DNA of 64,000 nt from Candidatus Woesearchaeota archaeon (GTDB taxonomy: Archaea > Nanobdellota > Nanobdellia > Woesearchaeales > 21-14-0-10-32-9): contig JBAZVO010000005.1 in assembly GCA_041660865.1 (NCBI GenBank), forward strand, positions 62,626 through 126,625. The letters run 5' to 3'. Below are positions 56,435 through 64,000 of the stretch, piece by piece. How positions within the stretch are numbered: the stretch's first letter is position 1; each line of letters begins with the position of its first letter. A program made the position numbers and the translations under genes. The notes under the pieces are model-generated. The model ran no database searches, had not been told where the DNA came from, and was given only the letters and a program-made list of their open reading frames with translations.

Positions 56435-56752
56435 TTAGTTAGTTTTTTTGAATGGCGGAGAATTAACTAAAACTGCTTTGAAACTTCCTTTGAAAGTATA
56501 TTCAATATTAGCAGAAATAAAAACAACATCTCCTTTTTTTGCAATCATCTTATTGTTCACTATTAATTTGCCTTTTAAAATATAATAAACCCTATCGCTT
56601 GTCGTTTTTGTTGTTTCGTCATGATTTTCTGCAGTGCTTACGGCTAAACTTACTTTATCGCTATCATTTGCTGTAAGCAGATTTAATACAGAATATGACT
56701 CAGATATTTTTCTAATAACTCCATCTTCAGATTTTATAATTTTTATCGTCAT
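56435..56752 (-). CDS. Cupin-fold protein
   Basis: RVYYILKGKLIVNNKMIAKKGDVVFISANIEYTFKG is a beta-barrel pattern. Confidence 0.55.
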   Translation of the reverse strand: MTIKIIKSEDGVIRKISESYSVLNLLTANDSDKVSLAVSTAENHDETTKTTSDRVYYILKGKLIVNNKMIAKKGDVVFISANIEYTFKGSFKAVLVNSPPFKKTN

Positions 56753-56809
56753 AATATATTATTAATTAAAGAAGTTTTATATAAATTTAATGTCTTATTT
56801 GTTAATATT

Positions 56810-56855
56810 TTATGATTTAAGTGGCGGGAGTATTTTCTTTTATTATTAACGAAGT
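56810..56855 (+). repeat. Cassette-boundary repeat B3 (decayed)
   Basis: GTGGCGGGAGTATTTTCTTTTATTATTAACGAAG aligns to CGGCGGGAGCACTTCTTTTTTTATTAAC. Confidence 0.65.
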
Positions 56856-56912
56856 GAACAATCGATTATTATTTTCAATATATTTTTAAATTCTAGACTT
56901 TGATAATTATGT

Positions 56913-57359
56913 ATGATTAAAAGAAACTATACTTCTGAAGATTTGAATAGTCATCATGCGATTGCAGTAATAATAAAAAATAAGAGAGGAGAAGTATTAA
57001 TGCAAGAACATGCAAAATATGGTTTTTGGACAATTCCATTAGGAAAAGTGCATCAAAAACAAACTATTGAAGAAGGATTAAAACAAGAAATGTTTGATGA
57101 ATGTAATATTTTAATAAAAGAGTTTAAAGAATTAAAAAATAAAAAATATTATTATAGTCGTTTAGGAAAAAGAATACTTGTTTCAGGTCATCTTTTTGAA
57201 ATATCTAAATTTGAAGGGAAAATTAAAAATAATGAATTTCAAAAACATAAACAACAGATTTTTTTATCAATTGATAAAATAAAACAACTTTCTTATCTGT
57301 CTGATTTAACGTTATTATATTTAGAAACGATCGGTATTAAACGAAAAGCAAAAATTTAG
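56913..57359 (+). CDS. NUDIX-like hydrolase (cassette gene)
   Basis: A partial Nudix box, GKVHQKQTIEEGLKQEMFDECNI. Confidence 0.5.
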   Translation: MIKRNYTSEDLNSHHAIAVIIKNKRGEVLMQEHAKYGFWTIPLGKVHQKQTIEEGLKQEMFDECNILIKEFKELKNKKYYYSRLGKRILVSGHLFEISKFEGKIKNNEFQKHKQQIFLSIDKIKQLSYLSDLTLLYLETIGIKRKAKI

Positions 57360-57360
57360 A

Positions 57361-57420
57361 GTTCGTTTTCCTGTTCCAGAAAACGAAATGCACGACGGAA
57401 GTATTTATTTTATTAACGAA
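57361..57420 (+). repeat. Cassette-boundary repeat B4 (decayed)
   Basis: GTTCGTTTTCCTGTTCCAGAAAACGAAATGCACGACGGAAGTATTTATTTTATTAACGAA has the same arm as B1/B2, with a degenerate core. Confidence 0.7.
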
Positions 57421-57504
57421 ATGGATTTTAAGAACGTGATTCATTTAGTTTTTTAATTTGCATTTTTATATTATTAGATAGAGGATTCTAGAAGAAAAAT
57501 ATCT

Positions 57505-58041
57505 TCAAATGAATTTTTTTATATCTATAGTTTCTATTGGTATGCTCTCTAAATTTTTAGGTTTATCATTTTGTTTAAAATCATATATTGGTTCGGTGGC
57601 CGAATATAGTTTGTGTCCTGTATCCATAAATTCTTTAATGAGATCTATTGGTTTTTTACAAACATATATTTGGTCTTCAGCATAACTATACAAGTAACTA
57701 TCTCTCCAGTGATTTAAACCAGAAGTATTAGGAAAATAAATTAAGTTATTATCAATTAATTGAACTAATCCTGAAAATGGTGCAATTCCTGAAATTGTTA
57801 ATGGAATGTGGTCTTTATTATATCCTCCAATTGTTCCTTTGTCAAATTTTTGAAATGGTAAATCTATATTTTTCAGATTATTATTTAGATACTTGTTGTA
57901 TTCAATTAATTTTTTTTCACTTTCAATATATTTGATTGAAAAATTATAAATATTTGTTTGTAATAGTTTTAGAATATATTTAGAAATATTTTCTTCTATT
58001 AATGTAGGAATTATTGTTCTATTGTGTAAAATTAAATCCAT
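57505..58041 (-). CDS. Hypothetical protein
   Basis: An ORF of 178 aa. Confidence 0.4.
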   Translation of the reverse strand: MDLILHNRTIIPTLIEENISKYILKLLQTNIYNFSIKYIESEKKLIEYNKYLNNNLKNIDLPFQKFDKGTIGGYNKDHIPLTISGIAPFSGLVQLIDNNLIYFPNTSGLNHWRDSYLYSYAEDQIYVCKKPIDLIKEFMDTGHKLYSATEPIYDFKQNDKPKNLESIPIETIDIKKFI

Positions 58042-58292
58042 AATTTTATTCTCTTTGTATTATTTTATGTTGATGGAATCTATGATTATTTATAAATTTT
58101 ATATTATTAACTATTTAATAGTAGATGTAAAATGAATGAACTTTCACATTTTTTTTTGTTTTTACAAAATAAAAATATGCAAAAGTAGTATGTCCTAATT
58201 TAATTTATGCAAAAACAACAATTAATAAAATTAATAAAAAAATTCTTAAATAGAAACATATTTGATAATAAAAAACCGTGGAGGGTTACAAA

Positions 58293-59390
58293 ATGAAAAA
58301 AAGTGTATTAAATAAACTTTCTCCAGAACTTAGAAATATGATTATTCTTGAGACAAATAAATCAACAGGAACATTAAGTAATAATGTAAAAAATTCTAAA
58401 ACTCCTGTCTCGACGTTTGCTCGAAAAACATTAAATCATACAAATGGTGGCGCCACAATGGAGGCAGCGTTATGGTTAAAAAATCATTTAGCTAAGGGTG
58501 GTAAACTCGTAATTACTCTTGCTGGAGCATTAAGCTCATTTCAAATAGGTGTTATGCTTGCAGAATTAATTAGACAAAACAAAGTTCATATGATTTCGGC
58601 AACGGGTGCAAACCATGAGGAATCATATTATAGGTATGTTGCGCATTCTCATTATGCAAATATTCCTAGATACACTGAATTGACGCCAAATCAGGAAGCA
58701 GAATTAAGAGATGCAGGTCTTAGAAGAATTACAGATACTTTTTTACCTGAGGATGAAAGTGTAAGAATTATGGAGCCTCATTTATTAAAAATGTGGAAAG
58801 ATGCTGCAATAAAAAAAGAAAGTTATTTTCCGCATGAATACTTTAGAAGATTATTCAAAGAAGGATTAATAAGTCCTGATCCGTTAGCCAATCCGGCTGA
58901 TTGTTGGGTACTTGCAGCTTTTGAAAAAAATATTCCAATAGTTGTTCCAGGTTTTGAAGATTCGACGATGGGAAATATTTTTTCAAGTTACACATACAAT
59001 GGTAAACATAAAATAAAAGGCGATGTATCTGTTGATCCAAGTGTTATGAAAACAGGACTTGAATATTTTCATTTAATGTATGATTGGTATATGGAAGAGA
59101 GCAAAAATACTCCAATTGCATTCTTGCAACTCGGTGGAGGAATTTCAGCAGATTTCCCAATATGTGTCGTTCCATCATTAAAACATGATTTAAAAGTAAA
59201 GAAAGTTAGAGATTGGGCAGGATTTATCGAAATAGGTTCGTCTCCAATGTCATATGGTTCTTATTCGGGAGCTGGTGGAAAAGAAAAAATTACATGGGAT
59301 AAATTATCGACTCAGAGTTATTATCAAATAATTCAAAGCGACGTAAATGTTGCATTTCCATGGATAGCTGCAGTTTTGCTTGACTTGTAA
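58293..59390 (+). CDS. Deoxyhypusine synthase-like protein, with Ala at the position of the catalytic Lys
   Basis: DHS-family segments (ITLAGALSS, ISATGANHEES, PGFEDSTMGN, LGGGISADF, GSYSGAGGKEKITWDKL). The ATG at 58293 is preceded by GGAGGG. Confidence 0.7.
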   Translation: MKKSVLNKLSPELRNMIILETNKSTGTLSNNVKNSKTPVSTFARKTLNHTNGGATMEAALWLKNHLAKGGKLVITLAGALSSFQIGVMLAELIRQNKVHMISATGANHEESYYRYVAHSHYANIPRYTELTPNQEAELRDAGLRRITDTFLPEDESVRIMEPHLLKMWKDAAIKKESYFPHEYFRRLFKEGLISPDPLANPADCWVLAAFEKNIPIVVPGFEDSTMGNIFSSYTYNGKHKIKGDVSVDPSVMKTGLEYFHLMYDWYMEESKNTPIAFLQLGGGISADFPICVVPSLKHDLKVKKVRDWAGFIEIGSSPMSYGSYSGAGGKEKITWDKLSTQSYYQIIQSDVNVAFPWIAAVLLDL

Positions 59391-59568
59391 GTAATTTTTA
59401 ATTTTTTTTTAATTTTTTTTTTGTTTTATTGATTAGTGTTTGTTTTGTGTTTTATTGATTTTTTTTTTTTTGTGCTGTTGTTTCTTGTTTTCATACTTTT
59501 GTTTTCTTTTTTTTCTTGTTTTTTTTTGTTTAGTAAATTTTATATATTAGGTGATTCGTTTTGAATAT

Positions 59569-60195
59569 ATGAAATATTTAGCAATTGATGTTGCAATAAT
59601 TCCTCAAGAAATTATTTTGGAAAAACTTGTAGATATTAATAAAAATTTAAAGCAAAAATCATCATCTTATTTTGAACTTGGTAAAAAAGATTATTTACCT
59701 CACATAACTTTGGCTATGGGTGTTGTTAAATCAGAAGATGTTTTAAAAATAAAAAATATTATGAAAGAAATTTCTTTGAAACATCATCAAATAGAATTAA
59801 TAGGCGAGGAATTTAAATCTAATTTGCAAGCAAATGGTGAGTGGAATTCTTCTTTATCAATTAAAAAAAACAAAGATTTAGTTAGTATTCATAAAGAGTT
59901 GATGGATTTAATTGGTGGTTTTTTCCAAGAACATTCGTCTCCTGAAATGTTTTATTCTGTGCCGAAAGTAGAAGAAGGATCAAATGCATTAAAATGGGTT
60001 AAAGAATATAAACAAATTGCAGCCTATGAAAATTATAATCCGCACATTAGTTTGAGTAAAGGAAAAATTTCTGAAGATGATTTATTTAAAATGAAAACTC
60101 CTTTTGAGTTTACAAGTTCAAGACTTGTAATTTCACATCTCGGAGTTCATTGCACTTGTCGAAAAATATTATTTGAAGTGTATTTAAGTAAATAA
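59569..60195 (+). CDS. 2H phosphoesterase superfamily (LigT/ThpR-like)
   Basis: Two H-x-T/S-x motifs, LPHITLAMG and NPHISLSKG. Confidence 0.65.
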   Translation: MKYLAIDVAIIPQEIILEKLVDINKNLKQKSSSYFELGKKDYLPHITLAMGVVKSEDVLKIKNIMKEISLKHHQIELIGEEFKSNLQANGEWNSSLSIKKNKDLVSIHKELMDLIGGFFQEHSSPEMFYSVPKVEEGSNALKWVKEYKQIAAYENYNPHISLSKGKISEDDLFKMKTPFEFTSSRLVISHLGVHCTCRKILFEVYLSK

Positions 60196-60246
60196 GTGAA
60201 TTTGTATTTTATTCAAGTAAATTTTATTTAAAATTAATTTAATATT

Positions 60247-61197
60247 TTAATTCTTTCTTATTTTAGCGACGAAGAATCCTTCTGAATCATTATCTTGAGG
60301 ATAAATTCTTAAACATTTCTCAACTCTAGAATCGTATTGTTTTCCGTTAAATGAAGTGACTGCAGGACTTCTAATAATGTCTAGTTTTATATCGAGAAGT
60401 TCGGCATTTGAAAATTCTTTAAGTAATCTATCGACGATTTCTTCATCTTCTTCAGGCTCTAGTGTGCATGTGCTATAAACTAATTCTCCTCCTGTTTTTA
60501 GAAGATTAAAAGAATTTTTAAGTAATTTGTATTGAACGTTTGACATTCTTTTAACAAGACCAGGGCTCCACATTTCAGCTATTTTAAAATTTCGTCTTAT
60601 GGTTCCAGTTCCAGAGCAAGGAGCATCAACTAAAATTTTGTCGAATTGTTCTTCTTTTTTACTAAGTCTTTCGCCGTCCATTTTTGTAATTATGCAATTC
60701 ATAACGCCGCATCTTTGAAGATTTATTCCAAGTGCGCTAAGTCTGCTTCCTTGTGAATCATTGGCGATAAGCAAACCTGAATTTTTCATGTATTGTGCAA
60801 TTTGTGTTGTTTTACTTCCAGGTGCTGCGCATAAATCAAGAACTGAATCATTCTCATTAGGTGCAAGAACAACAGGAGGAATCATTGATGCGGCATCTTG
60901 AACATAAATATATCCTAGTTGATGTTCTGGAAGATTTCCAATATCAAATCTTGGGCCATCTTTATATGTTATCCAAAATCCGTCGGGGCACCATGGTACT
61001 TGTTCAAGTGTCCACAAGTCTCCTAGTCTTTTTTTAATTTCAGAAACGCTACTCTTTAGAGTATTTACTCTTATGGATTTTCTAATATATCTAGAACTAC
61101 AATTAATGAATGCGTCATAATTATCTCCGAGAAGAAGTTTATATCTTTCTTCAAATGCGGGTTTGAGAATTGCTTTTCTCTTAAATGTATCTTCCAT
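60247..61197 (-). CDS. NOL1/NOP2/Sun-family RNA cytosine-C5 methyltransferase
   Basis: DLCAAPGSKTTQ, DAPCSGTG, YSTCT. Confidence 0.85.
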   Translation of the reverse strand: MEDTFKRKAILKPAFEERYKLLLGDNYDAFINCSSRYIRKSIRVNTLKSSVSEIKKRLGDLWTLEQVPWCPDGFWITYKDGPRFDIGNLPEHQLGYIYVQDAASMIPPVVLAPNENDSVLDLCAAPGSKTTQIAQYMKNSGLLIANDSQGSRLSALGINLQRCGVMNCIITKMDGERLSKKEEQFDKILVDAPCSGTGTIRRNFKIAEMWSPGLVKRMSNVQYKLLKNSFNLLKTGGELVYSTCTLEPEEDEEIVDRLLKEFSNAELLDIKLDIIRSPAVTSFNGKQYDSRVEKCLRIYPQDNDSEGFFVAKIRKN

Positions 61198-61528
61198 AAT
61201 TAAACAAGAATAAATCTGGATTATTTAATTGTTATTTATTATTAGGGGGGTTAAAGAGAAATATTTATAAAATAAGGGTGTTTCTTCTCCTGTATTCTTC
61301 TAGTGATTTTAACCAGGGTCACTTTGGAGAGCAAAAAGAAAACAAAACTTATTTTTGTGTAGATATAAATTAAAATAATTATTAAAAAATAAGTTAAAAT
61401 AAATTGATTAAAATAAATTAATTAAAATAAATTAATTAAAATCAATCAAAATTAATTAAAATCAATAAAATAAGTTAAAAATAAATTAATCAAAATAAAT
61501 TAAAATAAATTAAACTGAAGGTGTAAAA

Positions 61529-62242
61529 ATGAACATAAGCAAAGGAGATTTTATAGAACTTGATTACACAGCAAAAATAGTAGATGAAAATATTGTTTTT
61601 GATACAACTGAATTTGATGAGGCTAAAAAAGCAGGGTTATTTCATGATCATGCAAATGATGAGCCTAATTCTCATAATCACAATCATAATCATCTTCATA
61701 AGGACGATTTAAAACCAATTACAATATGTGTTGGAGAAAAACATGTTCTTCCAGGTCTTGATTCAAAATTAATAGGTTTAGATTTAGGCAAACATACAAT
61801 AGTATTAGAGGAAGAAAACGCATTCGGAAAAAAAGACACTAAACTTTTAAAGCTTATGACTAGGGCATTATTTAAACAACAAAATATAAGACCTTATGTT
61901 GGATTAGTTCTTGATATGGATGGTTCAAGAGGAACTGTTAGAAGTATAAGTGGAGGAAGAGTAATTGTTGATTTTAATCATCCTCTTGCTGGAAAAAAAA
62001 TAGAATACAGTTTAAATATAAAAAGAAAAGTTACAGATCATAAAGATCAATTAGCATCAATATTAAAAATGATAAAATTTCCATTTTCATCAGTTGATGT
62101 TGTAGGGTTAAATGCTAAAATTAATACTAAAATAGATTTACCAAAAGAAGTAAAATTAGCGCTTGAAACTGATCTTAAAAGATTAACAACACTTAATGTT
62201 GAATTAATTTCAGAACCAAAAATTAAAGATGATAAAAAATAA
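61529..62242 (+). CDS. FKBP-type peptidyl-prolyl isomerase (SlyD-like) with an internal His-rich insert
   Basis: DYTAKIVDENIVFDTT, VLPGLDSKLIGL, VDFNHPLAGK. The insert is HDHANDEPNSHNHNHNHLH. Confidence 0.8.
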   Translation: MNISKGDFIELDYTAKIVDENIVFDTTEFDEAKKAGLFHDHANDEPNSHNHNHNHLHKDDLKPITICVGEKHVLPGLDSKLIGLDLGKHTIVLEEENAFGKKDTKLLKLMTRALFKQQNIRPYVGLVLDMDGSRGTVRSISGGRVIVDFNHPLAGKKIEYSLNIKRKVTDHKDQLASILKMIKFPFSSVDVVGLNAKINTKIDLPKEVKLALETDLKRLTTLNVELISEPKIKDDKK

Positions 62243-62382
62243 TTGTATTAGAAAATAAATGAGTAATTTATGCTAGAGTTGGTAATAAACATAACAAAGT
62301 TTAAATATGTTTAAGTCCAAAAAAAATAAGTTACTTGCTGGGGAATGATTTTTATTACATCCTTTGGCCAAGGAGGATCATT

Positions 62383-63477
62383 ATGGCAGAATCAATAAAA
62401 AATGTTAAAGCATCAGATGTTCAAAGAAAGACTAATGCTCTCGACGCTGAACTTGAAGATATGATTGAAAAGCAGAAGGCAAGAATTAAAGTATTTGGTT
62501 GTGGCGGTGGAGGAAATAACACAATAAATAGAATAACTGAAATAGGTGTTGTTGGCGCAGAAACTGTAGCACTTAATACTGATGCTCAAGATTTATTATA
62601 TACATCATCTGATAAAAAAATACTTCTTGGTAAAACACTAACAAAAGGATTAGGTGCAGGAAGTATTCCAAAAGTAGGAGAAGAAGCAGCAAAAGAATCA
62701 GAGCATGAAATAAGACAAGCAATGGAAGGAGCCGATATGGTTTTTGTCACATGCGGTTTAGGTGGAGGAACTGGAACAGGTTCAGCACCAGTTGTTGCAG
62801 AAATGGCAAAAAAATTAGGTGCATTAACTGTTGCAGTTGTAACTATGCCATTTAAAATGGAAGGACAAAAAAGATATGAAAATGCAGTTTATGGTTTAGA
62901 AGGTTTAAAAAAACATGTCGATACATTAATTGTAATCCCTAATGATAAACTCTTAGAATTGGCACCAGATTTGCCATTGCATACTGCATTTAAAATCGCA
63001 GATGAAATATTAACAAATGCAGTTAAGGGTGTAGCTGAACTTGTAACTAAAGCAGGATTAGTTAATCTTGATTTTGCAGATATAAAAACAGTTATGGGCG
63101 ATGGAGGAGTTGCTTTAATTGGTGTTGGAGAATCAGATTCTGAAAACAGAGCATCTGATGCTGTCGATAAAGCAATTAATAATCCATTACTTGATGTTGA
63201 TATAACTGGCGCAACAGGTGCTTTAATTAATGTTGCAGGTGGGCCTGATTTAACTTTAGAAGAAGCAAGAAGAGTTGTTGAAAAAATATCTGAAAGAATA
63301 GATCCCAATGCAAGAATGATTTGGGGTGCACAAATAGCTGAAGAACTTCAAGGAACAGTGAGGGTTATGATTGTTGTAACTGGAGTTAAATCGACACAAA
63401 TTACAGGAAGCTCAATTGGTACTAAAAATAAAAAAGAAGAAACAGGACATGAATTGGGAATTACATTTGTAGACTAA
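62383..63477 (+). CDS. ftsZ: Cell division GTPase FtsZ
   Basis: [32 protein letters not shown]. The ATG at 62383 is preceded by AGGAGG. Confidence 0.95.
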   Translation: MAESIKNVKASDVQRKTNALDAELEDMIEKQKARIKVFGCGGGGNNTINRITEIGVVGAETVALNTDAQDLLYTSSDKKILLGKTLTKGLGAGSIPKVGEEAAKESEHEIRQAMEGADMVFVTCGLGGGTGTGSAPVVAEMAKKLGALTVAVVTMPFKMEGQKRYENAVYGLEGLKKHVDTLIVIPNDKLLELAPDLPLHTAFKIADEILTNAVKGVAELVTKAGLVNLDFADIKTVMGDGGVALIGVGESDSENRASDAVDKAINNPLLDVDITGATGALINVAGGPDLTLEEARRVVEKISERIDPNARMIWGAQIAEELQGTVRVMIVVTGVKSTQITGSSIGTKNKKEETGHELGITFVD

Positions 63478-63491
63478 AATGGTGAAATAAA

Positions 63492-63734
63492 ATGGCATTA
63501 AAAAAACTTAGAGAATTTATTACAGAATGTGGCCGAGTGCTAAGGGTTGCAAAGAAACCATCAAAACAAGAATATTGGACAATAGCAAAAGTATCTGGAA
63601 TTGGAATTCTAGTTATAGGATTAATGGGATTTTTATTGCATTTAATAGATCGTCTTACATCTGTTGTAATAGTGTCTGTTTTAGTTGCAGTTATTGTATT
63701 AATACTATTATTTATGAAAGGTAAAAATAATTAA
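63492..63734 (+). CDS. secE: Protein translocase subunit SecE/Sec61-gamma
   Basis: The amphipathic N-terminus KKPSKQEYWTIAKVSGIGILVIGLMGFLL plus a TM segment. It sits in the conserved ftsZ-secE-spt5 order. Confidence 0.7.
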   Translation: MALKKLREFITECGRVLRVAKKPSKQEYWTIAKVSGIGILVIGLMGFLLHLIDRLTSVVIVSVLVAVIVLILLFMKGKNN

Positions 63735-63758
63735 AATAAATGAAAAGAGTGAATTGAT

Positions 63759-64000
63759 ATGGAAGAAAATATTTTAAAACAAAACAAACTTGATGAAGGA
63801 GAAATACAGAGAATAAAAGAAATAGAACAACAAGAAGTAGATGATGATAAATTACTTAAGGAAAAACCTAAAGATAATAAACAAAAAATAAACACTCATC
63901 TTTTTGCTTTAAGAGTAACTGCGAATCGAGAAGATCAAGTTATGACTTTTGTTGCAAGCAATGTTGTTAGAAAAAAAGTTGCAATTTATTCAGTAATAAG
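63759..64000 (+). CDS. spt5: Transcription elongation factor Spt5/NusG (5' part, runs off the window)
   Basis: The start of an NGN domain (HLFALRVTANREDQVMTFV), located after secE. Confidence 0.7.
   Translation, partial: MEENILKQNKLDEGEIQRIKEIEQQEVDDDKLLKEKPKDNKQKINTHLFALRVTANREDQVMTFVASNVVRKKVAIYSVI

Noticed and set aside
53604-57420. The repeats as 3' halves of split tRNA genes, as in Nanoarchaeum.
   Set aside because: The copies contain only the acceptor 3' strand and trailer. They lack a T arm and an anticodon-stem strand, so they cannot supply a functional 3' half.
61381-61520. The AT-only repeat tract (and the similar one at 51110-51280) as a replication origin.
   Set aside because: I recognised no ORB or mini-ORB-like inverted repeats, and no cdc6/orc1 gene is adjacent. 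AT-rich tracts are common in this genome.

Overview
This is an AT-rich archaeal chromosome segment (GC judged by eye, not computed). Its gene content looks like a small-genome DPANN-type archaeon. Housekeeping genes include Nop5-fibrillarin, ValRS, IleRS, ThrRS, ABCE1, Elp3, Pth2, TrmI, RlmH, an NSUN methyltransferase, FtsZ-SecE-Spt5, SepF, a grpE-dnaK-dnaJ operon, thioredoxin, peroxiredoxin, MscL, a family-4 UDG and Ogt. There are seven tRNA genes, and four of them carry an intron after position 37. I found no rRNA genes, CRISPR arrays, transposases or integrases.

The main observations are:
1. thrS is preceded by a roughly 330-nt leader. It holds a 26-codon ORF ending in five consecutive Thr codons, followed by mutually exclusive hairpins and a decoy-SD/anti-SD/SD arrangement. 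This has the layout of a leader-peptide attenuator.
2. Two tRNA genes (Cys at 22.3 kb, Glu at 53.5 kb) are each followed by an array of mostly single-gene cassettes. The cassettes are separated by copies of the tRNA 3' end that become more degenerate with distance. thrS sits in the cassette nearest tRNA-Cys.
3. A roughly 128-bp MITE-like element occurs twice in inverted orientation, bracketing an 11.5-kb block.
4. Three conserved enzymes show coherent active-site or cofactor-site losses: ABCE1 keeps the ligands of only one of its two Fe-S clusters, a thymidylate-synthase-like protein lacks the catalytic Cys, and a deoxyhypusine-synthase-like protein lacks the catalytic Lys.
5. A 16-bp tandem duplication frameshifts the first gene.

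All functional calls come from motif recognition by eye. No database search was run.
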